From a virus (lineage: Duplodnaviria > Caudoviricetes): a DNA stretch of 64,000 bases. Each line of letters opens with the position of its first letter. The first letter of the stretch is position 1. The DNA lies in IMG/VR virus record IMGVR_UViG_3300014203_000001, positions 32,001-96,000 of that record. The stretch is one strand, 5' to 3'. Below, piece by piece: positions 28,146 to 37,728 of the stretch. The notes beneath the pieces are model-generated. The model saw nothing but the letters and a program-made list of their open reading frames with translations. It made no database searches and was not told the origin of the DNA. The translations under genes and the position numbers were made by a program.

Positions 28146-29746
28146 CCTAGCTCTTTCGAGTAATTGGCGATTGCAACCAATCGATGCCGTGAAAAAAGCA
28201 TTTGCAATGGAGGAGTAGGATTGGAAACAAAGTGATGATTACATTGTAATCCAGTCTTCTTATTCTTAGCGGTACAATCTGCTTCTGGAATCTGATAGAT
28301 GATATTGTTCTTATTAGTAGAAGCAGCGATCTTATTGATCTCGGTACTAATAAGAGCATATTGGTCGGAAGTAAGTTTCTTAATGATATTGTAATAAGCA
28401 ACCACTTTATGGCGCACGGTCTTTCCAATATTACCAGGAACAATTTTACAATCAATAGGTACTAGTGTATTAGTTTCTGCATCGATATAATATACATTAT
28501 CAATGAATGCTAAGATGGTTAAAACATCTCTATATTTCTTAGCGAATTCTTTATCTAATGAACTAGTTTCAAAATACATTCCATATAAGCTAGGCGCTTT
28601 AAACGAGAATGCATAGTTATCTGATACTGGAACTAATTTAGCATCTAATAGAGAAGGATATGACGTATTACCAGATTTCAATAGCTGTTGATATTTAGCT
28701 TTGAATTCATCGTTAGAATATCTAATCATATCATCAATCTTAGTTTCTCTAAGATCTAAATCTTTACAATCGTCACACGCATATGTGATATAATTACTAT
28801 CGCCAAAAGTTGCTTTGTATGCAGTGAAGTATAATTCATCATCATCATAACCACAAATAGATTTCAACCAGCCTTCAAAAGTAGCAGGTTTGTTTGGACT
28901 AATATCATGTGTATATAGAATAGAATATGCGGTTCTAATAGCTTCAATTTCTGTTTCGAAGTTATCTGGGTTTAAATTAATAATCTCATCGCCGTTCAAA
29001 GCAGACATTGTAATTACTTGGTTAGTATTATACAATCCCCATTGTGCTGTTTTCATTTCAACTACTGCTTTGCTAAGAGCATGATTAACAGCAATAGGCT
29101 TAGTAGAGATTCTAAACTCTTTAATATTAATACCGTTTTTGATTGGTTTGATGACTTCTTTGATTTGTGCTTGATATTTATTAAAGATTTCTTCTTGAAT
29201 CTTTTCGTCTGCTTTCTTATCTTCAGCAGCTTTTGCTTTATCTTCTTCAGTTACAATTTCTTCAGTTTCATCATCGTCAAGTAGATCTTTAAGATCTTCA
29301 TCATCGATAGAAAATCTATCTCTATTATCTAATGCTCCGAGATCCATATTATCCACGATATCTTTCTCTACTTGATTTACAGTAACATCTGGGGTTACAA
29401 TTTCAAAAGGATCTTCTGCTTTGTCTGCAGCCTCGGCTTCCGATTCCAATCTAGCCGCAATAACTTTATCCTTTAATGGATTGATTACATTGACATTTAA
29501 ATCTTTTTTAACTCTTTCAATACCTTCATCAATTAGATCCATTTCCTTTTGTTCAAATACTCTTTGGGGTTCTACTACGTCTTCATATGTAGCAACCTCT
29601 CCAATATTAACAGTTTCTGTATTCATACCACCAACTTGATTAGGGGTAATAATACTATTTGCTTTAGCAGTTTCTGTTTCTACTTTAGGAGCTGGTGGTA
29701 ACACCGCACCTAATTCTGATAGGCTTACTTTTTTAACTTGTTCCAT
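28142..29746 (-). CDS. baseplate hub / tail assembly chaperone (T4 gp26-like) with acidic N-terminal extension
   Basis: CDDC and C-terminal Cys pair; adjacent to gp25-like gene. Confidence 0.5.
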   Translation of the reverse strand: MEQVKKVSLSELGAVLPPAPKVETETAKANSIITPNQVGGMNTETVNIGEVATYEDVVEPQRVFEQKEMDLIDEGIERVKKDLNVNVINPLKDKVIAARLESEAEAADKAEDPFEIVTPDVTVNQVEKDIVDNMDLGALDNRDRFSIDDEDLKDLLDDDETEEIVTEEDKAKAAEDKKADEKIQEEIFNKYQAQIKEVIKPIKNGINIKEFRISTKPIAVNHALSKAVVEMKTAQWGLYNTNQVITMSALNGDEIINLNPDNFETEIEAIRTAYSILYTHDISPNKPATFEGWLKSICGYDDDELYFTAYKATFGDSNYITYACDDCKDLDLRETKIDDMIRYSNDEFKAKYQQLLKSGNTSYPSLLDAKLVPVSDNYAFSFKAPSLYGMYFETSSLDKEFAKKYRDVLTILAFIDNVYYIDAETNTLVPIDCKIVPGNIGKTVRHKVVAYYNIIKKLTSDQYALISTEINKIAASTNKNNIIYQIPEADCTAKNKKTGLQCNHHFVSNPTPPLQMLFSRHRLVAIANYSKELG

Positions 29747-29765
29747 TTAATTTCCCTCCATTATT

Positions 29766-30131
29766 TTATAATGATGCTAGTGTTGCAGTATCGCTACTAA
29801 ATACTAATTTATACACAACAGAATCTACGACTATTGCTATATTAATATTCTTATTAAGCATAGTCACTTCGATATCTGTAGCGATTAACTCTGGTAAATA
29901 TGTTTCCATTTGGGTTTGAATATCGCTTTTTAGATATGATGCACTATCGGGAGATGCATACCTATATCTAGATACTATTCCTACACCCATATCTGGTCTG
30001 GTTTGGTATACTCCTTTTTCCAATAGAATTAGTTCCATTATTTTTACACAGGTTGAGTCCTGATTTGATAGAATTTTTGGCTGAGAAAAGTCATTTACCG
30101 AAAGAGTATATTCTCTTATCGTATCGCTCAT
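29766..30131 (-). CDS. baseplate wedge gp25-like protein
   Basis: LILLEKGVYQTRPDMGVGI motif; 121 aa; late promoter at 30154-30165. Confidence 0.7.
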   Translation of the reverse strand: MSDTIREYTLSVNDFSQPKILSNQDSTCVKIMELILLEKGVYQTRPDMGVGIVSRYRYASPDSASYLKSDIQTQMETYLPELIATDIEVTMLNKNINIAIVVDSVVYKLVFSSDTATLASL

Positions 30132-30153
30132 TGCATCTCCTCCTATATAAATT

Positions 30154-30165
30154 TATTATTAAGTT
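30154..30165 (-). promoter_or_regulatory. late promoter variant
   Basis: AACT TAATAA TA. Confidence 0.55.
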
Positions 30166-30198
30166 AACGGTATAAAAATGTATACTATCTAAATTCGG

Positions 30199-30210
30199 AA
30201 CATAGCAATA
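30199..30210 (+). promoter_or_regulatory. late promoter
   Basis: AACA TAGCAA TA before GAGGAGG RBS. Confidence 0.7.
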
Positions 30211-30231
30211 ATCTAAGAGGAGGAATGTAAA

Positions 30232-31452
30232 ATGTCTAAAAAATATAGCTGTTTATACTGTAGTGAAAAGCTTAGTAGAGAAGAGTTAGTTAGTCATATA
30301 GAAAAAGAACACGATGAAATGTTACCAGAGGGATTCTCTGCAAACCGTGTGGTATTTAATCTAGTAAATAAGAAAGCTCCCAATGAAGGTGGATGCTGTG
30401 TAGTATGTAAGAGGGAAACTCCCTTTAATGAGAATAGTGGTAAATATGATAGATTATGCGGCAGAAAGCAATGTTTAGATACATTGAGAAAGAAAGCCAG
30501 CGAAAATATGGTAAAGGTATATGGTAAGACTAGTTTATTAGAAGACCCAGATCATCAAATGAAGATGTTAGCGAATAGAAAAATATCAGGTAAGTATAAG
30601 TTTACAGATAATGGCTACCACGTTTATACGGGCAGTTATGAGAAGAAAGCTTTAGAATTTATAGACCAAGTATTAGGATTCAAGTCTACTGAAATTCTAT
30701 GCCCTGGACCTACTTTAGAGTATGAGTACGAAGGAAATACCAAAAAATGGATAACCGATATCTATATTATTCCTCTGAATCTTATCATAGAAGTAAAAGA
30801 TGGAGGAAGTTCACCTAATAACAGACCAATGGATTCATATAGAGCTAAACAAGTTGCTAAAGAAGAGCTGGTTACATCATTAGGGAAATTTAACTATTTA
30901 AGATTAACAGATAATGATTTCTCTCAATTACTTTACGTTATAGCTCAGCTTAAAATGGAAATGTTAGATGACACTGAGGATAATAGAAAAGTAGTTATTA
31001 ATATCAATGAAGAAGTAGAAGCTTTAAAAGAGGATTTTGATAGGAAGGTTATCGATTTTGTGTTTGGTAAAGAAAAAGAAAATAAAGTAGATATCGCTAA
31101 GGCTAGCAGAATACTAAAATCTACAATAAATTCTAATTCCAATCTATTTGTCGGAGCTAAAATATCTTATGAAATAAAAGGAAATAGATTATGTAATATA
31201 TCCTTTCCAGAAGATGAAAAAAGCCATGACAAATACAAAAAGGCTGTCCATAAATTTCTTATTATTATAAACGAAAAGGTTAAGAATGAAAAGTTTGAGT
31301 ATGATTGGAATGTATCGTGGGGAGATATTAATATTATTTGTAATAGTGGTAAGACTAAATTAGGAGAATCTTTCTCGAATTTTGTATTGAAAGAATCCAC
31401 TAATGAAAAACTAACTTCGACTATATATTATATAAATGAGGGAGATGATTAA
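30232..31452 (+). CDS. Zn-finger + PD-(D/E)XK nuclease with xxE-delimited C-terminal extension
   Basis: CLYC...HIEKEH, CVVC...C...C, WITDIY...IIEVKDG; INEE/LGES/LKES/INEG motifs. Confidence 0.65.
   Translation: MSKKYSCLYCSEKLSREELVSHIEKEHDEMLPEGFSANRVVFNLVNKKAPNEGGCCVVCKRETPFNENSGKYDRLCGRKQCLDTLRKKASENMVKVYGKTSLLEDPDHQMKMLANRKISGKYKFTDNGYHVYTGSYEKKALEFIDQVLGFKSTEILCPGPTLEYEYEGNTKKWITDIYIIPLNLIIEVKDGGSSPNNRPMDSYRAKQVAKEELVTSLGKFNYLRLTDNDFSQLLYVIAQLKMEMLDDTEDNRKVVININEEVEALKEDFDRKVIDFVFGKEKENKVDIAKASRILKSTINSNSNLFVGAKISYEIKGNRLCNISFPEDEKSHDKYKKAVHKFLIIINEKVKNEKFEYDWNVSWGDINIICNSGKTKLGESFSNFVLKESTNEKLTSTIYYINEGDD
31421..31440 (+). promoter_or_regulatory. early promoter inside 3' end of nuclease gene
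   Basis: CTATATATTATATAAATGAG. Confidence 0.7.
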
Positions 31453-31453
31453 T

Positions 31454-31894
31454 ATGAATACTAGGAAAATAAAATGTGACGAAAAGGTTTATTTTAAAGA
31501 TGAAGCTACAATGTTAGCACGCGTAAAAGTAGACGCGTTCGATGCTATGGATAGTAAAGAAAAACTAGAAGCTTTCTGTGATAAATATAAGGAGTATATA
31601 GATATATTAGAAGAAATGGTAACAGAAGAGCGAAAAGAACGCGAAGCCAAATATCAATCTAATCTAGAAGCCAGTATCGTCAAAGAAGAACCAGAAAAAG
31701 ATGATTGGTTGGATATGTCAGTAATTGAAGCTATGACAGAAGATGAATATCAGGAATACTTAGAAATGAAAATAGGTAATCCTAGACCAGATACAGTTAG
31801 AAGCATAATTCAAGAAACGGTTAATGGATATATATTTTTAACAGGTAAACCATTATTAGGTGAAACTAATATAGATGAGGAGGATGAACAATGA
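31454..31894 (+). CDS. acidic protein, paralog A (candidate antitoxin)
   Basis: CDEKVYF...TVNGYIFLTGKPLLGET; start 31454 after GAGGGAG. Confidence 0.6.
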   Translation: MNTRKIKCDEKVYFKDEATMLARVKVDAFDAMDSKEKLEAFCDKYKEYIDILEEMVTEERKEREAKYQSNLEASIVKEEPEKDDWLDMSVIEAMTEDEYQEYLEMKIGNPRPDTVRSIIQETVNGYIFLTGKPLLGETNIDEEDEQ

Positions 31895-32334
31895 ATATAA
31901 AAATAAGAGGAATTGAAACTGAAATTGAATGTGATGAAAAAGTTTACTTTGCAGATGAGGAAATTATGTATCATCAAGTACTGAAAGATTCTCAAGAAGC
32001 TATAACTAATGACGATCTAGAAAAATTAGAAGCATTTTATACAAAATATAAAGCGTATGCTGATGCAATCGAAGTTATAATACTCCAAGATCAAAAAGAG
32101 TTTGAAGAGAATGGTCCTTCTCTAGAAATTGAAAATAAAATAGATATGGAAAATATGACTCATAAAGAAGTTATCCAACACTGTAAAGAGCAATTAGAAG
32201 AGATACCAACTGCAGGTAAGATATATAGAACTATTAGATCTACAGTTAATACATATATGTGTTTTACAGGTCGTCCAATGTTAGGGGAAACACAGGAAGA
32301 ATTTGATGAATGGGGTGAATATAATGAAGATTGA
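31891..32334 (+). CDS. acidic protein, paralog B (candidate antitoxin)
   Basis: CDEKVYF...TVNTYMCFTGRPMLGET. Confidence 0.6.
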   Translation: MNIKIRGIETEIECDEKVYFADEEIMYHQVLKDSQEAITNDDLEKLEAFYTKYKAYADAIEVIILQDQKEFEENGPSLEIENKIDMENMTHKEVIQHCKEQLEEIPTAGKIYRTIRSTVNTYMCFTGRPMLGETQEEFDEWGEYNED

Positions 32335-33862
32335 GATAGGCGATGTATGGTATTTAAAATTTCCATATGATGAGAATGATGGAAGATTTAAGGACAGACC
32401 TGGAGTGGTTGTAGATGAGTTACCAAATGACATATATGTTGTAGTAAAATGTACATCTAAACCTAAAAAAAGAACACCTTTTGATTACACGCTTAAAGAT
32501 CCAGAAATTGCTAATTTAGCTAAAAGTGGTAACATTAGGTGCGATAACGATTTAAAAATAAAAATACGAGATTTTAGAAGAAAAAAAGGAGTTATATCTG
32601 ATATTGATATGCCTGAAATAACCAGACTATATAAGGAAGCGATAGCTCAGGAAGGTCATCAATCTATGGTGCTTGAAGAGTTCTTTAGTAACGATGATGA
32701 TACTTATCCAATTAACGAAGATGACCATATTGTTCCTCTCAACAATATGGTCCAGGAACAAGTTGCTAAACCTGGATATAGCTTCTTGGAAATATTAGAC
32801 GAATCTGTAAACCTACAGAAGGTTTCAGAAAAGGATAAGAAGGATATAATGAATATTTATAATTCTTTATCCGAACAAGAAAAGAAATCTATGGGAGGGA
32901 GATTTGCGAATTCCCCTAATATTGCTTTTAGCAAAGTATATAGAGAAGGATCAGTTCCAATGTCATTTGTTCAAGGATATGATTTTGGTAATGATGAAAT
33001 TGTAGTGGAAGTAGCATCAGCTACATATGCTAGAGGAGAAGGATATGCTTCTAAAGGAGTATATGAATTGACATCTTTTGCTAAAAGCAATGGGTATAAT
33101 AGAATAGTTTATCTAGTAAAAGAAGATAATGAAGCATCTATCACTTTGGCTGAAAGTGCTGGGTTTGAATGTGATGGTAAAGAGCGTAGTCGTTTTATCT
33201 ATGCAATGCAACTAACCAAACCAGTAAAAGAAAATATGGCTATGGGTGGAATGAATCCTATACCATCACCAACTAGAGCAATATGTATTACTCAGTATGG
33301 ATATAGAAATACTAGTTGTAAAGATGAAGTAGAAGGATATGCTATTCATAATGATATCATTACAGATAAGATTCTTACTGTAGACGAGTATGGTGTACTT
33401 AGAATTAGAGAGAATTCTTTTTTAGAAGGAAGAAATATTGCGATATATAAGTACGTAAAAGAAGATCTTAAAGGATATCATAAAATCTTGAAATCTGTAA
33501 ACAAGCAAGTTTATAGAGAATTCATATATGAAACTCTTACTGGTAAACGACTTCTATGCGACGATCAGATTATATGCGATGAATGTTTTACAGAGATATC
33601 TTTCGCTAAGATAGTCGCAGAACAGACATCTGCAATTCAAACTATAATAGATCAGTATAAGGAAATTATAGGCGAGACCGTAATTAGACTTCCTTTATTA
33701 ATCAAAGAAGATATCAATGCAGCGTCTAAATTACTAAAAGGAAATCGTACTATTAAAGTATTTGAAAATTTAAACGGATACTTTGCGGAGAATGCGTTAA
33801 CTAGACAACGAACTGGATACTATAAGAAGGTAAAAGATATTCAAATAGAGGTGATAATGTAG
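32324..33862 (+). CDS. PemK/MazF-like RNase + GNAT + C-terminal domain fusion
   Basis: GDVWYLKFPY...KDRPGVVV...CTSK (PemK); YARGEGYAS...VKEDNEASITLAESAGF (GNAT); xxE-rich linkers. Confidence 0.75.
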   Translation: MKIEIGDVWYLKFPYDENDGRFKDRPGVVVDELPNDIYVVVKCTSKPKKRTPFDYTLKDPEIANLAKSGNIRCDNDLKIKIRDFRRKKGVISDIDMPEITRLYKEAIAQEGHQSMVLEEFFSNDDDTYPINEDDHIVPLNNMVQEQVAKPGYSFLEILDESVNLQKVSEKDKKDIMNIYNSLSEQEKKSMGGRFANSPNIAFSKVYREGSVPMSFVQGYDFGNDEIVVEVASATYARGEGYASKGVYELTSFAKSNGYNRIVYLVKEDNEASITLAESAGFECDGKERSRFIYAMQLTKPVKENMAMGGMNPIPSPTRAICITQYGYRNTSCKDEVEGYAIHNDIITDKILTVDEYGVLRIRENSFLEGRNIAIYKYVKEDLKGYHKILKSVNKQVYREFIYETLTGKRLLCDDQIICDECFTEISFAKIVAEQTSAIQTIIDQYKEIIGETVIRLPLLIKEDINAASKLLKGNRTIKVFENLNGYFAENALTRQRTGYYKKVKDIQIEVIM

Positions 33863-36540
33863 TGAAGAATATAGAGAATGATGTTATAACATTTGATAAT
33901 CTGGATGATAGAGAAACAAAAGACTGGCGAGCAATTCGAGGTATTATTCTTCTATACAGTGGATATAAGACAGAAGGAGAATTACGAAGAGATTTCGAGA
34001 ACTTTATAGGAATGCCATTAGGTGACAGAAGAGAAAGTGATTGGAAATCTATAGATCTGTATGGTAGTAACAACACAGATAGATATAATAAGATGCTATC
34101 AGTGTTCTTAAAGAACGATATAGAAAATGATGATTTATATTCTAATTACTATGCTCCTGTGAGAGAATCTGCAGATGGGAATATTAGAATAGGATTCGTT
34201 GGCTATAGTGATTCAGTATTTGATGTGAACAAAGCTATAACTATTATTGAAAAAATATTTGTAAAAATATCTAAAATGTATGATAAAAATAAAGTAGAGA
34301 TTGTATCTGGATATACTAATTTAGGTATACCTAAATTAGTATATGAAAAAGCCAATGAATTAGGTTTTAAAACTGTTGGCATTGCTTGTAAAAAAGCTAA
34401 TGAATATGATGTATTTCCTTGCGATAAAGTAATTATTAAAGGAGAAGAATGGGGAGACGAATCTGAGACTTTCCTTAATTATATAGATGCGATATATAAA
34501 ATAGGAGGAGGTAAACAATCTGAGAGTGAATTTAAAAGCATGAAAAAAATGTCTAAACCAGCTATAGAATATAGATTAGATCGTATAGGAAAGCCAGTAA
34601 AAGAATCTGCAATGGAGAGAGCAGAAGAATGGAATAATAATAGTCTTAATAAGATCATTACTAAAGCTACTTCTTTAAAAGATCTAGAAACCCAATGGGA
34701 AAGATATCAAGCTATTCCTATTCATGATAGAAATAAGCTAGATACCACATCTACTGAGATATTTGGTATTAATAATACTGATCATTATAATTCTCAGAAG
34801 AGAGATTATGTAAAGAAAGATATAGAGAATCCAAAACCAGATGTATTATATACTATTACTAAAGAAGAAGCACTGTTAGAGTATGCTTCTAATACAGATC
34901 CTATTACTTCAGCTTTAACTTGTATTAGATTACAAGAATCTGCATATCCTAACTCTAAGATATTATGCGAGAAAGCAGAGAAAGAGTTAGATGATAAAAT
35001 AAGTATGGATAATATGATGGCAATGTCTATCACTCCATATTTTACCCCATCTCAAATGGAGAAGTTAGGATTATCTGTATTAGATGTAGGCGGTATGTAT
35101 AGTAATGAACCAGACAATGTTATTATAGGAGATATATCTACTAAAGAATGGTTTCTAGAGTACAAGAACCGATTTAATGGATATGACGATACATCCTATA
35201 CTAGTCAATCCGCATGGGTAGAATCTATGAAAAAACTATACTCTGATTATGAGGATATAAAGGAATCTGGAGACATAAATAAGATAAATAGTAGAAAGCA
35301 ATCTATCTTAGATTTAGGATGGAATCCAGAAATAGATTTTAATGAGGAAACTAGAATATTAGCAACCAATCGTATAAATTCCATACTCAACGAAGAATAC
35401 TCTAGATATAGAATTATAGATATAGAACAAAGTGTTTCTCTTATGAATGAAAACTTTGTATATAACGAATCAGAAAATGGTCCTAAGATCAAACCCATCT
35501 TTGTAGTATTCTTTAATACGAAGAACTTATTCAATAAGATCGCTAGGCTTGTAGATAAATCTGTATATAGCCACGTATCTATATCATTTAATCCTTCTTT
35601 AAAAACTCTATATAGTTTTGATGCTAAGCATGGTGGATTCCATACTGAGTATCTAAAAGACTTTATAGAAGAAGGAAATGTAAAAGCTATACAAGTATTT
35701 TGTACTTTTGTAGATGAAGAAAGATATCATAAGATGAAGAATAGAATTTCTAATTTTCATAAGGATAAAGAACAACGAGGATATTCATTCCTTAATCTAA
35801 TAACTATTCCGCTAAAGATAAACTATATAAACCAATCTAAAATGGTTTGTTCTCAGTTTGTAGATAGTATGCTTAAATTAGCAGATCTGGATACTACTCA
35901 TATGGTATCTAGTATAATATCTCCTGGTAATCTGAATAGACATATTAAGAAGTTTAAAGGGGATATGTATAAGATATTTACAGGCGATCCTAAGAATTAC
36001 AATACTAATAAAGTAGGAGAGTTTATAAATAATCTAACCTCTGTTATACAAACTCATACAGAGTCTTCTGTATTAAATTCTTTTTTATCAGTAAATCCTA
36101 TTAGAGAAGAATTTGGTATTCAGTTTACTGATGATGGGGATTTGTTAATCTCTAAAGGAAAAGATATAGACTTCGAAGGTGAATATTCTAGATGTCATAT
36201 GGCATTAATGGAATATGATAAAGCTAAGAATACAGAAGCTATGAAGTACTGTATATGTAAACTATGGTATCTTAATATTATACTAGAAGAAAGAATCAAT
36301 GAGGAGAATTCTAGTAAAGATAAAGATAGAGAAAAACTAAAATCTTATCATAAAGCTAGAGCTAAGATATTGAATGATATTAAGACCTATATGAAAAGAG
36401 TACAGAGATTAGATAAAGATTTTGATATAATTAAAGAATATAACGATAGCCCATTTAATGATAAGAATATCAGAATAAGAAGATCTACTATACTATATGC
36501 TATAGAGCTAGCTAAAAGACTAATAGGAATAAAGAGGTGA
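33862..36540 (+). CDS. large multidomain virion-like protein with SLOG and permuted papain-like (YiiX/NlpC) domains
   Basis: IGFVGYS...IVSGYTNLG...IGGGKQSESE (SLOG); YSHVSISF...CSQFV (permuted papain); PVRESA/PVKESA/PIREE linkers. Confidence 0.7.
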   Translation: MKNIENDVITFDNLDDRETKDWRAIRGIILLYSGYKTEGELRRDFENFIGMPLGDRRESDWKSIDLYGSNNTDRYNKMLSVFLKNDIENDDLYSNYYAPVRESADGNIRIGFVGYSDSVFDVNKAITIIEKIFVKISKMYDKNKVEIVSGYTNLGIPKLVYEKANELGFKTVGIACKKANEYDVFPCDKVIIKGEEWGDESETFLNYIDAIYKIGGGKQSESEFKSMKKMSKPAIEYRLDRIGKPVKESAMERAEEWNNNSLNKIITKATSLKDLETQWERYQAIPIHDRNKLDTTSTEIFGINNTDHYNSQKRDYVKKDIENPKPDVLYTITKEEALLEYASNTDPITSALTCIRLQESAYPNSKILCEKAEKELDDKISMDNMMAMSITPYFTPSQMEKLGLSVLDVGGMYSNEPDNVIIGDISTKEWFLEYKNRFNGYDDTSYTSQSAWVESMKKLYSDYEDIKESGDINKINSRKQSILDLGWNPEIDFNEETRILATNRINSILNEEYSRYRIIDIEQSVSLMNENFVYNESENGPKIKPIFVVFFNTKNLFNKIARLVDKSVYSHVSISFNPSLKTLYSFDAKHGGFHTEYLKDFIEEGNVKAIQVFCTFVDEERYHKMKNRISNFHKDKEQRGYSFLNLITIPLKINYINQSKMVCSQFVDSMLKLADLDTTHMVSSIISPGNLNRHIKKFKGDMYKIFTGDPKNYNTNKVGEFINNLTSVIQTHTESSVLNSFLSVNPIREEFGIQFTDDGDLLISKGKDIDFEGEYSRCHMALMEYDKAKNTEAMKYCICKLWYLNIILEERINEENSSKDKDREKLKSYHKARAKILNDIKTYMKRVQRLDKDFDIIKEYNDSPFNDKNIRIRRSTILYAIELAKRLIGIKR

Positions 36541-36545
36541 TAAAT

Positions 36546-36620
36546 ATGATTAAGAAGATTAAAGAATGGGTGTTATCATTGTACTTACTTTTTATTTACT
36601 TTAAAAATAGTGGAAGATAA
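36546..36620 (+). CDS. 24-aa hydrophobic peptide
   Basis: MIKKIKEWVLSLYLLFIYFKNSGR; GAGGTG RBS. Confidence 0.4.
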   Translation: MIKKIKEWVLSLYLLFIYFKNSGR

Positions 36621-36626
36621 ATTAAT

Positions 36627-36660
36627 ATATAAGAGGTATCTATTATGATACCTCTTATAT
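36627..36660. terminator. hairpin
   Basis: atataagaggtatc-tattat-gatacctcttatat. Confidence 0.7.
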
Positions 36661-36718
36661 TGATTCTTATAACCGAATATACAATATTGTAAAAGGATGA
36701 GAGAGGGGTTTTAATAAT

Positions 36719-37645
36719 ATGAAGAAGAAAAATAATACTGTTCCTATTGGAACCAAATTTTACAAGTATACTGAGGAAGATGAACTAGAAGTTATAAGAA
36801 TTCTTAAAGTTGGTAATTATCCTATCAATGGTAAAGTTGTGAATAATAGCTATATAGTTTCTATTGAAGGAGCTAATAGCCAAACATATAAATCAGATGA
36901 TGACCTCCATGAATATACTTTATTAAGAGCAGATGCTATATATAACTTTGCTCTTGTAGTTAATGCTGAAGATAATGTAAAGCTATGTGATGTTGTAGTC
37001 CTAATGGCTAAGAAGAATGATAAAGAACCTTATGTTATTTGTAGACAGATGATGAGTAATCTGTTTCACGAGATGTTAAATCCAGACCATGCAGCACTAG
37101 GATTGAGTTTGTCTCAAGATACTTGTCCAGCAGACATAAATATGAAATCGATGCTTATTTGTCATAAGCTAATTAAAACAGTTACGATAAATGGATACTT
37201 AGATGATACTCCAGATACTATTCTACAATTGGCTAATAGATTTACTATCCAAGCAGATAAAGTTCTAGAGAAACAAAAACAACAATTGAAGAATTCATAT
37301 GTAGGATTATGTGGTTCGACAAAAGAACTACTATTCAAGAATGGCTTCTGGGAAGACGTAGATAAAGGTTTAAATATTATTGTACTAAATGATAATATAG
37401 AAAATTGTTCCCTTAGTGGAGAACAATTAATTTATCTAGAGAACCATATCTCCTATATAATGAATGACATTCATGTTATCGAGTATGGTCATGATGTAGA
37501 CTTCACTAAAATTAAGACTGATTATATGCTAATCAGGGATCTGAATCAAAAGTTGTATTTAATAAACTACTTACGTGGTAGTTTTATAAAACAAGAACAT
37601 TTGAGTGAAGAAGAAATGCAAAAATTTACCTCTATAAAAATATAA
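36719..37645 (+). CDS. hypothetical protein
   Basis: 308 aa; TACA-N6-TA variant at 36680-36691. Confidence 0.6.
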   Translation: MKKKNNTVPIGTKFYKYTEEDELEVIRILKVGNYPINGKVVNNSYIVSIEGANSQTYKSDDDLHEYTLLRADAIYNFALVVNAEDNVKLCDVVVLMAKKNDKEPYVICRQMMSNLFHEMLNPDHAALGLSLSQDTCPADINMKSMLICHKLIKTVTINGYLDDTPDTILQLANRFTIQADKVLEKQKQQLKNSYVGLCGSTKELLFKNGFWEDVDKGLNIIVLNDNIENCSLSGEQLIYLENHISYIMNDIHVIEYGHDVDFTKIKTDYMLIRDLNQKLYLINYLRGSFIKQEHLSEEEMQKFTSIKI

Positions 37646-37650
37646 TCAAG

Positions 37651-37669
37651 TATATATTATAGAGATGAA
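37651..37669 (+). promoter_or_regulatory. early promoter
   Basis: TATATATTATAGAGATGAA. Confidence 0.65.
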
Positions 37670-37728
37670 TAAATATGCTGGTAACTTTAATTAGGTAACA
37701 GCAAATAAAAACAAAGGGGAAATTTACA

